Assembly (NCBI RefSeq): GCF_036971445.1
Contig: NC_091471.1
Coordinates: forward strand, 351,974,001 to 352,038,000
DNA length: 64,000 nt
From: Narcine bancroftii
Lineage: Eukaryota
Reading direction: 5' to 3'
The notes below the pieces were generated by a model, which did no database searches, was not told where the DNA came from, and saw only the letters and a list, made by a program, of their open reading frames with translations. Positions 10,659-23,243 of this stretch are shown one piece after another. The stretch's first letter is position 1. Every line of letters starts with the position of its first letter. A program made the translations under genes and the position numbers.

Positions 10659-13516
10659 GGGGGCGTGGCAAGATGGCGTAAGGATCAGATGTGCCTTCCA
10701 GTCCTCTCCTGACTCTATCTTATTGTTTTGTCTAGAAATGCCCGTTAAAATTCTTTAAAAGTTTAGATAATTTCAGTGCTGTTAATTTAACTTATGATGG
10801 TACAATTGGTGGAAAAGAGCAAAAAAAAAACGACAACAGATCATCAAAAAACTACATTTTCCAAAAGTTCAAGTTTTGGAGCCTACCTACAGGAAAGACA
10901 CCGGGACTCAGCGTGAAATGGATCCCAGGAGAGAGGTACAGTGTTCGGATGTAGAGCTCTATGTTACATTGGTAGAGCCCCCTAAAGAGGGCGCCAAACA
11001 ACCTTTAGAACAAAGAGTTACTCAAAGGCATTTGTCAACTGTAGAGGTGGCGCTGCAAACTGCATCTCTTGAGATACAAGAACCTATACAACTTGATGTA
11101 CTGGGAGAATTTAATACATTATGGACTGGGGAAAACCCCGGCCAGCGTCCTCCAGTCATTGCTGGAGAGGCTGTGGCTGGGGTTTCCATACGCAGTCATA
11201 CTACAAGGAAGGCAACCAGAATGAAGGAAGGAACAGAAGATCCTTTGGAGAAGAAGCAGGAATCTGTTGAGCCAAAATCTCTTCTAATTGAAAAGATTTT
11301 TGTGAATCTTGAATCTAAATTATCTTATACAATGCAGGGATTATCCAAGATTATGACTGAACTTGGTACTAGGTTTAATACTTTGGTGAAAATACATTCT
11401 GAACAGATGGCTGAGTTTGGAGCTTTTAAGCTTGAAGTGAGAGATAAATTTAATTCGTGTGAAGATATAGACGAAATACGGGATCATGTTTTTGATGTGA
11501 CCAAAATGGTCGAAGACTTACAAACTCAAAATAAAAATTTGGTGAAAAAGATTGATTATTTGGAAAACCAATCCAGATGGAACAATATAAAGATTATTGG
11601 TTTGCCGGAAGGTATGGAGGGACCAGACCCAAGAAAATTTTTTACTGAATGGATTCCGCAGGTGTTGGGTCAAGAACATTTCCCAGAAGGTATAATACTG
11701 GAACGTGCTCACAGAGCCTTGCGCAGAAGACCTATTTCAGGTCAAAGTCCAAGACCTGTTTTAGTTCGTTGCTTGAATTATTACGACAGAGAAATAATTT
11801 TACGAGTGGCTATTAGAAATGCACAACAGAGAAAATCACCCTTGATGATTCAAAATAATCGAGTTTTCTTCTATGCGGATTTGAGTCAAGAAGTTATGTT
11901 CCAACGACGGGAATTCAATCCTGCTAAGGAGTTGTTGTGGAAGAAAGGTTACAAGGCAACCTTTAGATATCCAGCTGTTTTGAAGGTTTTTCAAGATGGT
12001 TGCCAACCAACGTTCTTTGATTCTCCAAAGGAAGCTAATAGCATTTGCTCAAGAGCTGCCAATTACTCAGTTTCAACAGAGACATAGTCTGCCGCGATCT
12101 CTAAGGAGACAAGAGATGGAAGAAAAGAGCCGTGCTCCAAGAAGGAATGGTTGTAATGGTGACTCGGCAGTTGGAGCTGATTAAAAGAAAAGTTGCCCTT
12201 TTTTTTCTAATATTTTTTTTAAAAAAAGAGGGATATTAAATAATGATAATGTTAGTTTAAGATGAAGTGAGAGTTGGGGGAGAGAACTGGATAGGCACTA
12301 TTTCCTGAAAGTCATCTGCTACTTGTGAGTTATCTCACACCCATTTTTTTTTGGGAGTTACCGCATTGCGCGGTTTAGACGGGAGGGGGCATTTTTAACC
12401 TCCTACCCGTTTTTTTTCCTTTTTTTTGGTATTATTAGATTAAAGAGTGAAGGGTTTTTTTTGTTTTAATATAAAAAAAAGCATAAGAAAGTATTTGATT
12501 GTTTAAAAAACTAAAAATTGATGTGGTTTTTTTTGAAAAGTTTATTCAGTAGATAAGGAATATCTGAAATTTAAATGTGAATGGGATGGATAAGTTTTTT
12601 TAAAAATATTTTTTCTTTAACTTTAAGGTGAAAGGAGTGGTAATTCTGGTGTATATTATTTTGCTATTTTAGTTATAGAACGAAGGGAATAATGGTGAAA
12701 GTTATAAATTGAATTGTACAATTCTTAATGAGGCTTGAATTTTGTTTGTGGTTTATGCTCCACTTGTTGAAGATATAGATTTCGTTGTAGATGTGTTTTT
12801 ATTATTTGGATATCTGAATTTTAACGTAATGATTGGGGATATTTAAATGTGGTATTGGAGCTTTTATTGGATAACTATTCAAGAGTAAAAGGGAAAAATG
12901 GTGGAAGAGTACTAAAATTGAATTGTACAATGCTTAATGAGGTTTGAATTTTGTTTTAAGATGGTGGTTTATGTGACTAATATGATGATAGATGTGAAGT
13001 TAGTTGATATTTGGTGAAGGTTTATCTTTACAGAGAAAGTTTTTTTTTCATCTTTTTTTTCATGCTACAATTTTTTTAAGAATTGATTATTGTTTAAGAA
13101 TTTTTGATAGATAATGTTTACTAATTTTTTATATTAAGTTTGAGTTAAATATATCTTTCATCTTAACTCCGTTTGTTAAATATATGCATTTAAGTTTGAT
13201 TTAAATATGTTTTTTAAGTCTGATATCTTAGTATTAATTACTTTTCTTTTTGTTAGTATTTTAATCGGTTATGTTTTTGTTTTTTTTGGTAAGTGGTTTT
13301 TTTTCTCACATATATTATTAACTTTATTAATTCTTCACTCTTTATTTTGGGGAGGGGGGGTTGGACTAATTTGAGTTGGGTTATTAATGTGTAATAATTA
13401 TTGGGGAGGGTATAGTTTATTTAGATTACTGATATTGTATTGTAATTTTATTATTTTATTCTTAATCTTTTTTTAATGTAATCCTATGTTATTCATGTTA
13501 TAAAATCTTAAATAAG
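10659..13516 (+). mobile_element. ORF1-only, HAL1-like non-autonomous L1 (~2.86 kb) with 13-bp TSD
   Basis: Starts gggggcgtggcAAGATGGCG (L1-like 5' end with YY1 motif) and ends at AATAA. TSD gttacctttattt at 10646-10658 and 13517-13529. Contains L1 ORF1, then only a decayed T-rich endonuclease relic. Confidence 0.85.
10794..12184 (+). pseudogene. L1 ORF1p (coiled coil, RRM, CTD) with two small frameshifts
   Basis: LENQSRWNNIKIIGLPEG, ERAHR, PRPVLVR, FFYADLS and FRYPAVL motifs in ORF 10876-12087. The ATG at 10794 joins if the A10 run at 10821-10830 loses one A. The C-terminus continues in the 11996-12184 frame. Confidence 0.88.
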
Positions 13517-13529
13517 GTTACCTTTATTT

Positions 13530-16475
13530 ATCGTTCAAACCATGCTTACACGTTAGATAGCGTTTCTACAGGTCCACAGAGCATATTTACATAAATTTAA
13601 GTTAGAATAAAAGTTAAACGCATTAAAATATTAAGACACATACAATAACAGTCCACAGTACCCTATCCACAAATGTTCTGGGAATTCAGGAGCCTGACAG
13701 CGTGGGAGAAAAAGCTGTTTCCAAATCTGGACGCAAGGGCCTGAGTGCAGCAGTACTTTCTACCAAATGGCAGAAGGGAGAACAGTTTACGTGAGGGGTG
13801 TGTGGAGTCCTTCACAATGTTTATTGCCTTTTGCCTGCATCAAATGTTGTATTTGTCCCTCATGGTAGGAACAGAGCCCTCGATCTTTTCCACTGACTTC
13901 ACCGTCCTCTGCAGGGGCTTGCAGTCCAAGGAGGTACAGCTTCCAAACCAGACCATGATGCAATTCCACAGGATGTAGAATGTCATGAGGATGGAGGGTG
14001 GGAGATGAACTTCCCTCAGCCTTCGCAGGAAGTAGAGGTGCTGCTGGAATTTCTTGGCTATGGAGCTTGTGTTAAGGGATCAGGTGAGATTCTCCGCCAA
14101 GTGCACTCCAATGAACTGGATACTCTTGACAACCCCAATGGTGGAGCTGTCAATGGACAGCAGAGCGTGGTCCCCCAGTCCCTCCTGAAGTCGACAACTA
14201 CCTCATTTTTTTTTTAAATATAACATTCAGATGCAGATTGTTGCCTCTGCACCAGTCTGTTAGTGATTGCACTTCATCTCTGTACGCTGACTCATCATTC
14301 TTACTAATCAGGTCCACCACAGTCGTGTCGTCAGCTAACATGATAATGTGGTTTGAGCAGTGTTTGGCTGCACAATCGTGGGTCACCAGAGTAAACTGCA
14401 GTGGACTAAGCACGCAGGCCTTGGGAGGTGCTGTTACCGATCCAAAATGCCTGAAGTCTCCCCAACAGGAAGTCGAGAATCCAATTACAGAGGGAGGTGT
14501 TTCGACCCAGCAGGCTCAACTTCCTTATCAGGTACCGTAGTGTGATTGTGTTGAATGCTGAGCTGAAGTCAACAAACAGCATTCAAACATACAAGTCAGT
14601 TTTCCAGGTGGGTGAGAGCTAGATGGAGGGCAGTGGCGATGGCTGGTGGGTCTGTATGCAAACTGAAGGGGGTCTAGTGACGGAAGCAGTAGGTACTGAT
14701 ATGTCCCATGACGAGCCTCAAAACATTTCATGATGATGGATGTGAGTGCAGCAGGACACAGACAACTTCTTTGGCACAGGGACAATGATGGCAGCTTTGA
14801 AACACGTTGGGACCACAGCACTTCTCAGGAAGATGTTAAAGATGTCAGTGAGAACATCTGCTAGTTGAGCCACACATCCCCTGAGCTCGCTGCCGGGAAT
14901 GTTATCTACTCCAGCAGCTTTCCGTGGGTTGACGTTGCTTAGCTCTCTTCATGTCAGCTGTTGCAAGACACAGCACCTGGCCATTTGGAGGAGGGGGTTA
15001 GTCTTCTTCATTGCAACATTATTTTTCACCTCAAAGTGCATGTAGAAGTTGTTCAGTGTGTCTGGGAGGGAAGCATCACCAGCACAAGCAGATGGTGTAA
15101 TGTTGTGGTTGGTGATATCTTTGATGCCTTTCCACATGCATCATGTGTCCTTGCTGTCCATAAAGTGACTGTGAATTTGCTGGGCATGCACACACTTTGC
15201 TTCCCTGATGGCCTTAGACAGCTTGGATCTTGCAATAGGTCGTCTGCTCTGAAGGCTGCATCTCGGTTCCTGATTGGAGCAGGTTATGGTGGTCTTGGGC
15301 ACAGTGTCGTCATCAGAACACTTAACTGATGTAGCTGGTCACTGATGCCATGTACTCCTCCAGATTAATGCAGTTGCCACCAGCTGCTGCTTCCTTGAAC
15401 ATGTTCCAGTCAGTGCACTCGAAGCAGTCTTGGGAGTTCATGAATGGCCCCAACTAGCCAGGTTTTAACCTGCTTCCAAACTGGTCTGAAGTGTCTGACA
15501 AGCAGTCTGCATGCTGGGATCAGCATTACAGAGATGTGGCCTGAGTATCCAAAGTTGGGGGCGGGGCTCGGACCGATACGCACCAGAAATGTTCATAAAC
15601 ACAAGGTCCAACGCATTTGTTCCTCTCGTATCAAAGTCCACATACAGATGGACTTTAGGTAGCCCTGACTTGAGGTTCACCTGGTTGCAATCCCCAGCGA
15701 TAATGATCAGTCCGTCAGGGTGTGCCTTGTACAGTTCCCAGATCGCCTCCTTAGCGTTGTGCCAGGGTGGGGTGGGGTGGGGGGGGGGGGGGGAAAGAAG
15801 AGAAATGTACACTGCAACTATGAGGACCATGGTAAATTCCAGTGGTAGATGAAATAGTCTCCATCTGACAGTCACGAAGTCCACCAGCGTTGAGCAGTGA
15901 CTGGAGACTCGTGCAGAGACCTTGCACCATTCCAGGCAACCTCCACGGGCTTTACCACACAGAGCAACATCTCTGTCAGCCTGAAATAAATCAAGCCCGT
16001 CCAGCTGAACGGCGGCATCCTGTCACTGAGCCACGGTTCTGTGAAGACCAAAACACAGCAGTTCCTCTACTTGCGCTGTGCAGACCTCTGGAGTCAGGTG
16101 TCGTCCATTTTGTTCCCCAGGGAGCAGACTTTGGCAAGCAGGATGGACGGGTGTGCCAGGCGGCAGGGGTTCCCTTCAGCCGAGCACAGACCCCTGCTTG
16201 CTTACTGCGCTTCCTCCACCTCCTACATGATCCAGATGATTTTAGGCCAAGTCCACCTGTGGTCACATAGCTCGTCCCACAGATCTTTCAGGAGGTGAGT
16301 AGAAACATTTATAAATAACTTTAAATACTGTAGGCTATACTGTAGGATAGCTACAACTATAAAAACAAACTGTGTAACTTTATAACAATTTAACTATACT
16401 GCTTAACTATAATTAAAAACAAAACAACTTGTGTCCTGGAGAGGCCGGAGCATCCAAAGTCACGCCAGCCCCACT
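13530..16475 (-). mobile_element. Near full-length, degenerate Rex1/Babar LINE (APE endonuclease plus RT); its 3' tip lies at 10638-10658
   Basis: Minus-strand fragments: IIIAGDCNQVNLK and TRGTNALDLVF (EN); [21 protein letters not shown] and MLADDTTVVDLIS...NNLHLNV (RT). Confidence 0.9.
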
Positions 16476-16477
16476 CG

Positions 16478-16785
16478 CCACAAGACTCGCACCACCAGGT
16501 TCAGGAACACCTGCTCCGCCTCCACCATCAGACTCCTCAACAACAAACTCAATCAGGGACTCCTTTCAGGACTTCAACTTTTGGACTTTATTGCTATTTT
16601 TATTCTCTCTGTATTACATTGTTTGTTTACATTCATTATCAGTTTACAGTTATTTGTTACATATATACACTGTACACAGTTTTTTTTACTGCACTGCCAA
16701 TAATAGATAATTGTGCCTCACCTGTAGGAAACAAATTTGAGTTGTATATGATGTCATGTATGTACTCTGACGATAAATCCAAAAT
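16478..16785 (+). mobile_element. Rex1/Babar LINE, right part of the split copy
   Basis: HKTRTTRFRN...STIRLLN plus 3' UTR; collinear with the uninterrupted copy at ~5090-5390. Confidence 0.85.
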
Positions 16786-17739
16786 CACTTTTTTTAACAC
16801 TCGGATTTCTGTGAATATTTATATCCTGTGTATTTGCCTCTTGAATTAAGTGTGATTGAATTAATTAATAGTGAATTGATTGAATTACACTATTACAGAT
16901 TTTCTTTACAACTACCGGTTCAGCCGCAGCAACTATTTCTGCATGTATATTGTATGATGTGTATGACAATAAACTCATCATCAAATGATGCTGCCCTTGC
17001 ATCATTTTAACCAAACTTTTTCTCCTTAACGCTATACTCAGCGCTCATTTCATTTTGCACGACCGGTCTTACTTTAGTGTGGGCCAACTTGCCTGGATAG
17101 CACTCCAAACAAATTTCCCCACTGTATTTCAGTTCGCTTGACAATAAACCCTTCACATTCCCAGCACATCCTGCAGTGCTCTGCAGTGGGGGAAGCATCC
17201 CTAGGTGTAGCCATTGTTAAAACTTAGGGTGAAGCTGATGGGAGAGCCTCACAAACTCACAGCTCAACTCCGAGCACAGGTGGTGCCAACAGCCCCACAA
17301 CTCAAAAAACAACTTTTTTCTATTACTTCTGAATATTCTGTGATGGAGAGATGGTGAGAACCACCTATATTTTTTGTTGTCTGTTCAATAGCTAAACACA
17401 TATCTGAGAAACCCTGCAGCCAACCTGAGCCAATAGGAGGTCAAGCCCAGGGCAGCAACGAGAACTCACCACCTATTTATGGAGCAAACCGTGGCTTAAA
17501 ACCACTTTCCTTCTGTCAGCAGGGAGAGGTCAAGTACCCTTTGCTGCTGTCAGTAGTTGATGAGCCAAGAGGACTCTCTGATTTATGGGCTGTTCCCAGG
17601 GACAGTCGCAGAGACAGACCTCCAGAGCTGCTGAAAGTTCAGCTCGGTGAAAGACCCCCTTGTGCAGTATTAGATTACAGCACAAGAAGCAAGAGCTGGA
17701 TTCAGTGCTCACCCACATTGAGGCTGGAAAGGAAGACTC

Positions 17740-18400
17740 TTCAAGTCAAGTTTATTGTCATCTGATTGTACAAATATAACCCGAGGAAACAGCATTCTCT
17801 GGTCCTCAGTGCAAAACATGCAGACACACAACCAGATACAACACACATACAAACAACACATATGCAGGACTAGTGTTTCATCTATATAACTAAGCATTGC
17901 TTTGTACACAAGAGAGTCTCAGATGGTTACTGTGAGCAGTTCCTTTGGTCATGGGAAGAAGTTGTTCCTCAGCCTGGGTCTGATACTCCTGCATCGCTTT
18001 CCCAGTGGAAACAGCTGAAAGATGCTGTTGGAAGGGGTCCTCAATGATGTTATGCATCCTCTTCAAACACCAATCTCAGTAGATCATGTTTCTGGAGGGG
18101 GTGGAAGCAGAGGGAGTCTCCAATAATCCTCTCTGCCACTCTTCTGGTCCTGTGAATTGATCTCTGATCCATTTCACTGCAACATCCATACCACTCTATG
18201 AGTGGCTGCAGTCTGCCAGGATGCTCAAAAGAGGTCCAATAGAAGGTTGACATTATGGTGGCTGGTAGCCTTGTCCACCTCAGTCTTCTCAGGATGTTCA
18301 GTCACTGTTGTACCTTCCTGACAAGTGAGGAGATATTGAGTGTCCACAAAAGGTCACTAGTTAAGCAAACTCCAAGGAACTTGGTGCTCTCCACTACAGA
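17740..18400 (-). mobile_element. Rex1/Babar LINE 3' fragment
   Basis: tcaagtcaagtttattg tail on plus; STFYWTSFE...IEWYGCCSEMDQRSIHRTRRVAERIIG on minus. Confidence 0.8.
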
Positions 18401-19458
18401 GCTCATAATTCTAGCCCATAATGAGAAGGAAATTAACTGACTACCAGAGTAACCTCAAAACCAGGCACATTACAACCAAGTTCACGACTCTTGGACTGGT
18501 CCAGAGTGTAGCACTTCTGGTGTGGTCACAGTGAACCAGGTCTGCAGAGAATAACAGGACCCCTTCCCCCCACCAACACCACCCCAACTAGACAGTTGGA
18601 ATGTGACAGAAACCCAGTCCCTTCTGCCCTCCAATCTCTGCAGGTGGGGAAGAGGGTTTGAGGATAGGACACGGTCAGTCACAGCCGCTCCAGCCAGTGG
18701 AATTCCTTCTCAGGGCATACACAAAGTCATCGATTGCTATTTTGGTAATTTACTCATTAAATGAGATTTCAAAGGTTCAGATCATACAACGGCCCACCAC
18801 AGGTCATGCCTCAACCACAGCACTGAATCAAGAGGACTGAACTTGGGCATCTTTAAATGAAAGCTCACTCTGAGTTAACAGATGGAAAATCCACAGGCTG
18901 TCATCTGGCAAAGCAGTTCGAGTGCTGGGAGCTGCTGCAGACACTTTAAACTGTCCGACACCTGGGCAGACTCAAAATGTCCGGACACCTCACTGTGTGC
19001 AGTCCGAGGACACTAAATTATTATTGCAATCCTCGCCCTGCTCATTCAGTACAGTCCCACTCCACCTCCTGTCTGGACAGAAACACCCCAATAAATTCCC
19101 AGAGGCTGCTCCTCCTGAAGACTAGACGAAGATGGTCTTCACCCCGTGCAGGTGGTGCATCTGCAGATGTTGCCACCCTGGATGGCAGGAACAGGTTTCA
19201 GTGGCAGAGGGATGAAAAAAAAAAATCACAGTAGCAGGAGACCAGAACATATTCAGGAGCAATGAGTGCAGGAACATGGGAAAAAGGTCAAGGTTCACAT
19301 TAACCAGGCGATCACATACCATCCACAGGCAAGTTAACAGAGTAGGTAGAGTGCCATGGACAGGCCTCTCATCCGAATGCTCTGATCTGCATGAACATGC
19401 CAATCCTTCCTACCTATGATAACACAGCATCAGTTTGGAAACTACAAAGCATTTAAAC

Positions 19459-19758
19459 CAGTGGTTTTCACACTTAAGGTTGTATGTGAGTGGAAAGAAA
19501 GTTTGAAAAACCACTGTTTTAATCATACCTCATTGACTCGTTATGTGCATGGTTTCATAACTCCAAAGGAAATGGGCCAATGACAATTTTTCTCAAGCAA
19601 AATATTTCAGTAACAATTGGGTCTAGAGCAGTGATTCTCAACCTTTCCTTCCCACCCACATACCACCTTAAGCAATCCCTTACCAATCACAGAGCACCGA
19701 TGGTGTAGGGATTACTTATAGTGGTATGTGAGGGCAAATAAAAATTTGAAAACCACTT
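19459..19758. mobile_element. Composite hAT-Charlie-type MITE (two linked units)
   Basis: cagtggttttc...gaaaaaccactg, a spacer, then gtctagag|cagtgattctcaacc...ttgaaaaccact. Same family as 26487-26606. Confidence 0.7.
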
Positions 19759-19849
19759 ATTTAACCATCATTCACCATGACTTAATCATTCACTTCCTCC
19801 CCACCACACCCCCCCCCCCCAAATCTGCTAATTATTAGATGATCAGTGG

Positions 19850-20190
19850 AGTCGACGTGATCTACTAGAATCGTTGTCTGAAGATGCCGTGCAAGATAAT
19901 TGAGGACCCCTTCCACCCTGCTCACAGCTTTTTTCAGCGGCTCGTGTGGGGTGGGGGGGGGGGGGGGGGAGGAAGAGATACAGCAGTAGCAAAGTCAGCA
20001 CCACCTGGCTGAGGAACAGCTCATTACATCCACCACCCGAGACTTTCATACTCATGAAACAATATTTAATTATTTGTGTAGATGAAATACTTGTCCTGCA
20101 TGTGCTGTTTGTCTAACTGTTATGTCTGGTTGTGAGTCTGTGCAAGAACGCTGTTTTGTTGGGCTGCACTTGTGTAAATTTGACGAGCAA
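19850..20190 (+). mobile_element. Rex1/Babar LINE 3' fragment
   Basis: aagataattgaggaccccttccaccctgctcac (IIEDPFHPAH) and 3' UTR. Confidence 0.7.
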
Positions 20191-21499
20191 TTCTCCTCTT
20201 CCAGGGGAGGAAGCAGTCTCTTCCCAGCACACACTGTCCCCAGAGTCACTGCATTTCAGCAGCTGCTCGCAGTCCAGTGTACGCAGGACCAGAGCAGGCA
20301 GGCCAGTATTAACCACAGAATGCAGATCGTACAATCCACCCGATAAGCCTCACTGGTCTGCAACCTGCTCCTTGATCAAACTGATTCAAATGAATTTTGT
20401 TGAAATCCCATCCAAAGACCACCCATGCCACTGACCATCTCCAATTCATGGCCTTATTCCGAGAAGCCGAAAAATTCAGAAGTTTCAAGAGAGAAAAGTA
20501 ATTTGATACGTTATCCAAGAAATCTTTATCAAAGAGTCACCACTCTTGGTTGTCGGAACTCAACCACTTGCAAACACAGCTATTACGTTGGAAGGACTGG
20601 CAGAATCTTTAAAAGACACAGAGTCCTCGGAATCAAAGGCACAATAGATGCAAAGTCTCTCCTTGCTTAAACTCGCTGGCTGCTTGACATTAGATTCACT
20701 GACCAGGAGGAACCTCAGCAAGTCACTGCCAAACAGCATAGAAAATATCCTCCCCTTGGGAAATGGGTGCGAGGGGATGAGATTCCAGAATCCATGAGGA
20801 TGGGCAGAAATATTAGATCCCTAACACGACCTGTTGAACAAAGAACCAGCACACAAGGAACCCACACAATACTGCTAATTACAGAGTGATCATGTGAATA
20901 ATAGCTTTTTGAGTTAATTTTCCAAGGGTTTTATCGAGGAGTTGTGTAACAGGTGCAGGGGGATGGAGAAGGTGGTGTTCACGCAGTAGAAAACCTCGAG
21001 ATGCAGCTTCAGAACTCTGACCAGGCAGTGGACAGATGGGCTGACCCTGCGCACATCACTGTGGGAAGGCAAACCAGTTAGCAAGGGGAGGGAGCTTCAG
21101 AGTTCCAGTACACCTCCTTTACAAAGAGGGTGCATCACAGGCAGATTTCATTGCCTCCACAACCAAAGTGGAAACGGGGATCAAAGGCCGGTCAGCCCTG
21201 GCTGGATTTGCTGAACTGTGTGAGAATTCAGTGCAAGGTAAAGAGGCAGAAGGGAAAGAAAAAAAAGTGAGAATTATTGAAGAGCACAGCAGTGGGGTGA
21301 GATGAAGATTTCAAGTCTCAGATGGTTACAACACAGGAAGGCATCACTTGACCAAGTCCAAAATGGCAGAGCAATCTGATCCCACTCCCTGCCCTCTCCC
21401 CACAGCAGAGTCATGTCCAACCCCACCATCTCCCCCCCCCAGCCCACTGCTGAACTCGACAAAGGAATCTGCCTCCACCCACAGTCATACATCCCTGGG

Positions 21500-21885
21500 A
21501 CTTTTTACTTTGGAGTGTAAAAGGATGAGAGGAGACTATGAGAGGCATAGATAAGGTAGACAACCAGCACCTGTTTCCCAGAGCAGGAATAGCAAACACC
21601 AGAGGACATATGTACACAGTGAAGCGTGGGAAGTTTAGGGGTAAGTTTTTAAACTTTTTTTAAAAAAGTTATGGGTTTCTGGAATGCCTTGCCAGGGAGA
21701 GTGGTGGAGACTGAAACATTAAGGGCATTTAAGAGACTCATCAACAGGCACATGGATGGAAGAAAAATAAAGGGTTATGGGGTAGGGAGGGTTTAGTACT
21801 TTTTTTAAAAAAACGGAATATATGGGTCAGCACAACATCAAGGGCAGAATGTCATGTACTGCGTTGTAGTGTTCTATATTCTATC
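21500..21885 (+). mobile_element. CR1-type LINE 3' fragment
   Basis: GLFTLECKRMRGD motif and ttctat tail; similar to 35420-35755. Confidence 0.8.
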
Positions 21886-22617
21886 CCAAACCCCAATGAT
21901 TCAGCAGATGTTCCCTCATTACAGTGGCCTTCCTTGTGGTTGGTCTTCCCAAGCGTCTGAAGTCTCATTACTGCTACAATGAAGGTAATGCTAATTTGTG
22001 CAAAGCAAGCTCCCCCCAAACAGCACGGTAATGCTGATGAAAGGGTGAACAGTGAAGCCTTGATTTGCTCCCTCTGTAGCGACTACTATCCACGAAAAGG
22101 CCGCTCAGAGGCTAAATAAGCTCTTAACTGTGATGCATTAGAACAAATTCATAGAGAAGTCTAGATGTGTTTTTAAACTGTTTATTAATGAACACAAAAG
22201 GACTCATAACTTGACGTGGTTGTTGAACGAAACATGATAACTGTGGTCATGGCCATAACGTCCATCATATGTGATAGGTCAACAGAAAATATCAGAGCCC
22301 TACTCACCCTCCTTGTCTCTATCCCGCCATAGCAGTCAAAGTGGGCTAACAACTCTCAAACCCCTGCCCGTGCATCAACATCCAAAGTGAATAGCACGTG
22401 TCCATCAAAAGAAACAGAATACGCGCAGCCTACAGATCCCAGGATGGCACCGATGCCTGCAGCCAAACCAACAACACTAAACAACACACCTTTGGCTCCT
22501 ACAACCTCCACTTGACCAGATGTATATGTGGACAAGGATTTCCTTCCAGGAAGAGTCTTCCTCTTCGACTACCTTCCACAGACTCAGAAAGCTGCAGCTG
22601 AAACACAAGGTCTTCAG

Positions 22618-22847
22618 CAACCATTCTCAACCTTTATTTTGGTTATGGCCCCCTTAGGTCTCTGCTCAAAGTTTATGGGGCCCTTCCCCGTGAAGTTGTC
22701 ATTTAGTTGGTTTCTTCCATACTTCTCTCTGATTGACTACATTCAAAAATTACAAATATTTTATGATTTCAGTCTGTGCCCCCCCCCCCCTCCTTTAAGG
22801 TGCTGTGGCCTCCAAGGGGACCAAATGACTCCCGTGGAGAATGGCTG
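22618..22847. mobile_element. hAT-type MITE
   Basis: caaccattctcaac...gtggagaatggctg termini; a related partial copy starts at ~38113. No clear TSD. Confidence 0.55.
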
Positions 22848-22952
22848 GCTGGCTGGTTCTGGAGCAAATTCATCAACCCTTGTACTAAGTTGCTCTCCCA
22901 GGTTCACATCTGCCGATTAGATCAGACCCACTACACAACAGGAATTGGCCAA

Positions 22953-23243
22953 CGGCATGCCCTCCGCCGCCCCCCCCCACGGCTTGCCCTCCGCCGCCCC
23001 CCCCACGGCTTGCCCTCCGCCGCCCCCCCCACGGCTTGCCCTCCGCCGCCCCCCCCACGGCTTGCCCTCCGCCGCCCCCCCCACGGCTTGCCCTCCGCCG
23101 CCCCCCCCACGGCTTGCCCTCCGCCGCCCCCCCCACGGCTTGCCCTCCGCCGCCCCCCCCACGGCTTGCCCTCCGCCGCCCCCCCCCACGGCTTGCCCTC
23201 CGCCGCCCCCTCCCCACGGCTTGCCATCCACCCCCCCCCACGG
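22953..23243. repeat. C-rich minisatellite, ~26-bp unit (cggcttgccctccgccgcccccccca), ~11 copies
   Basis: Direct tandem repetition with length variation only in the C-run; the last copy is degenerate. Confidence 0.96.

Noticed and set aside
10876-12087. Domesticated L1TD1-like host gene
   Set aside because: It lies inside a TSD-bounded mobile unit and has probable frameshifts at both ends.
22308-22457. Exon-like segment on the minus strand (ctgcAG acceptor, GTGAGT donor) in PKC intron 2
   Set aside because: Stops in all three frames and no PKC similarity; it could only be a non-coding or poison exon, and there is no evidence for that.
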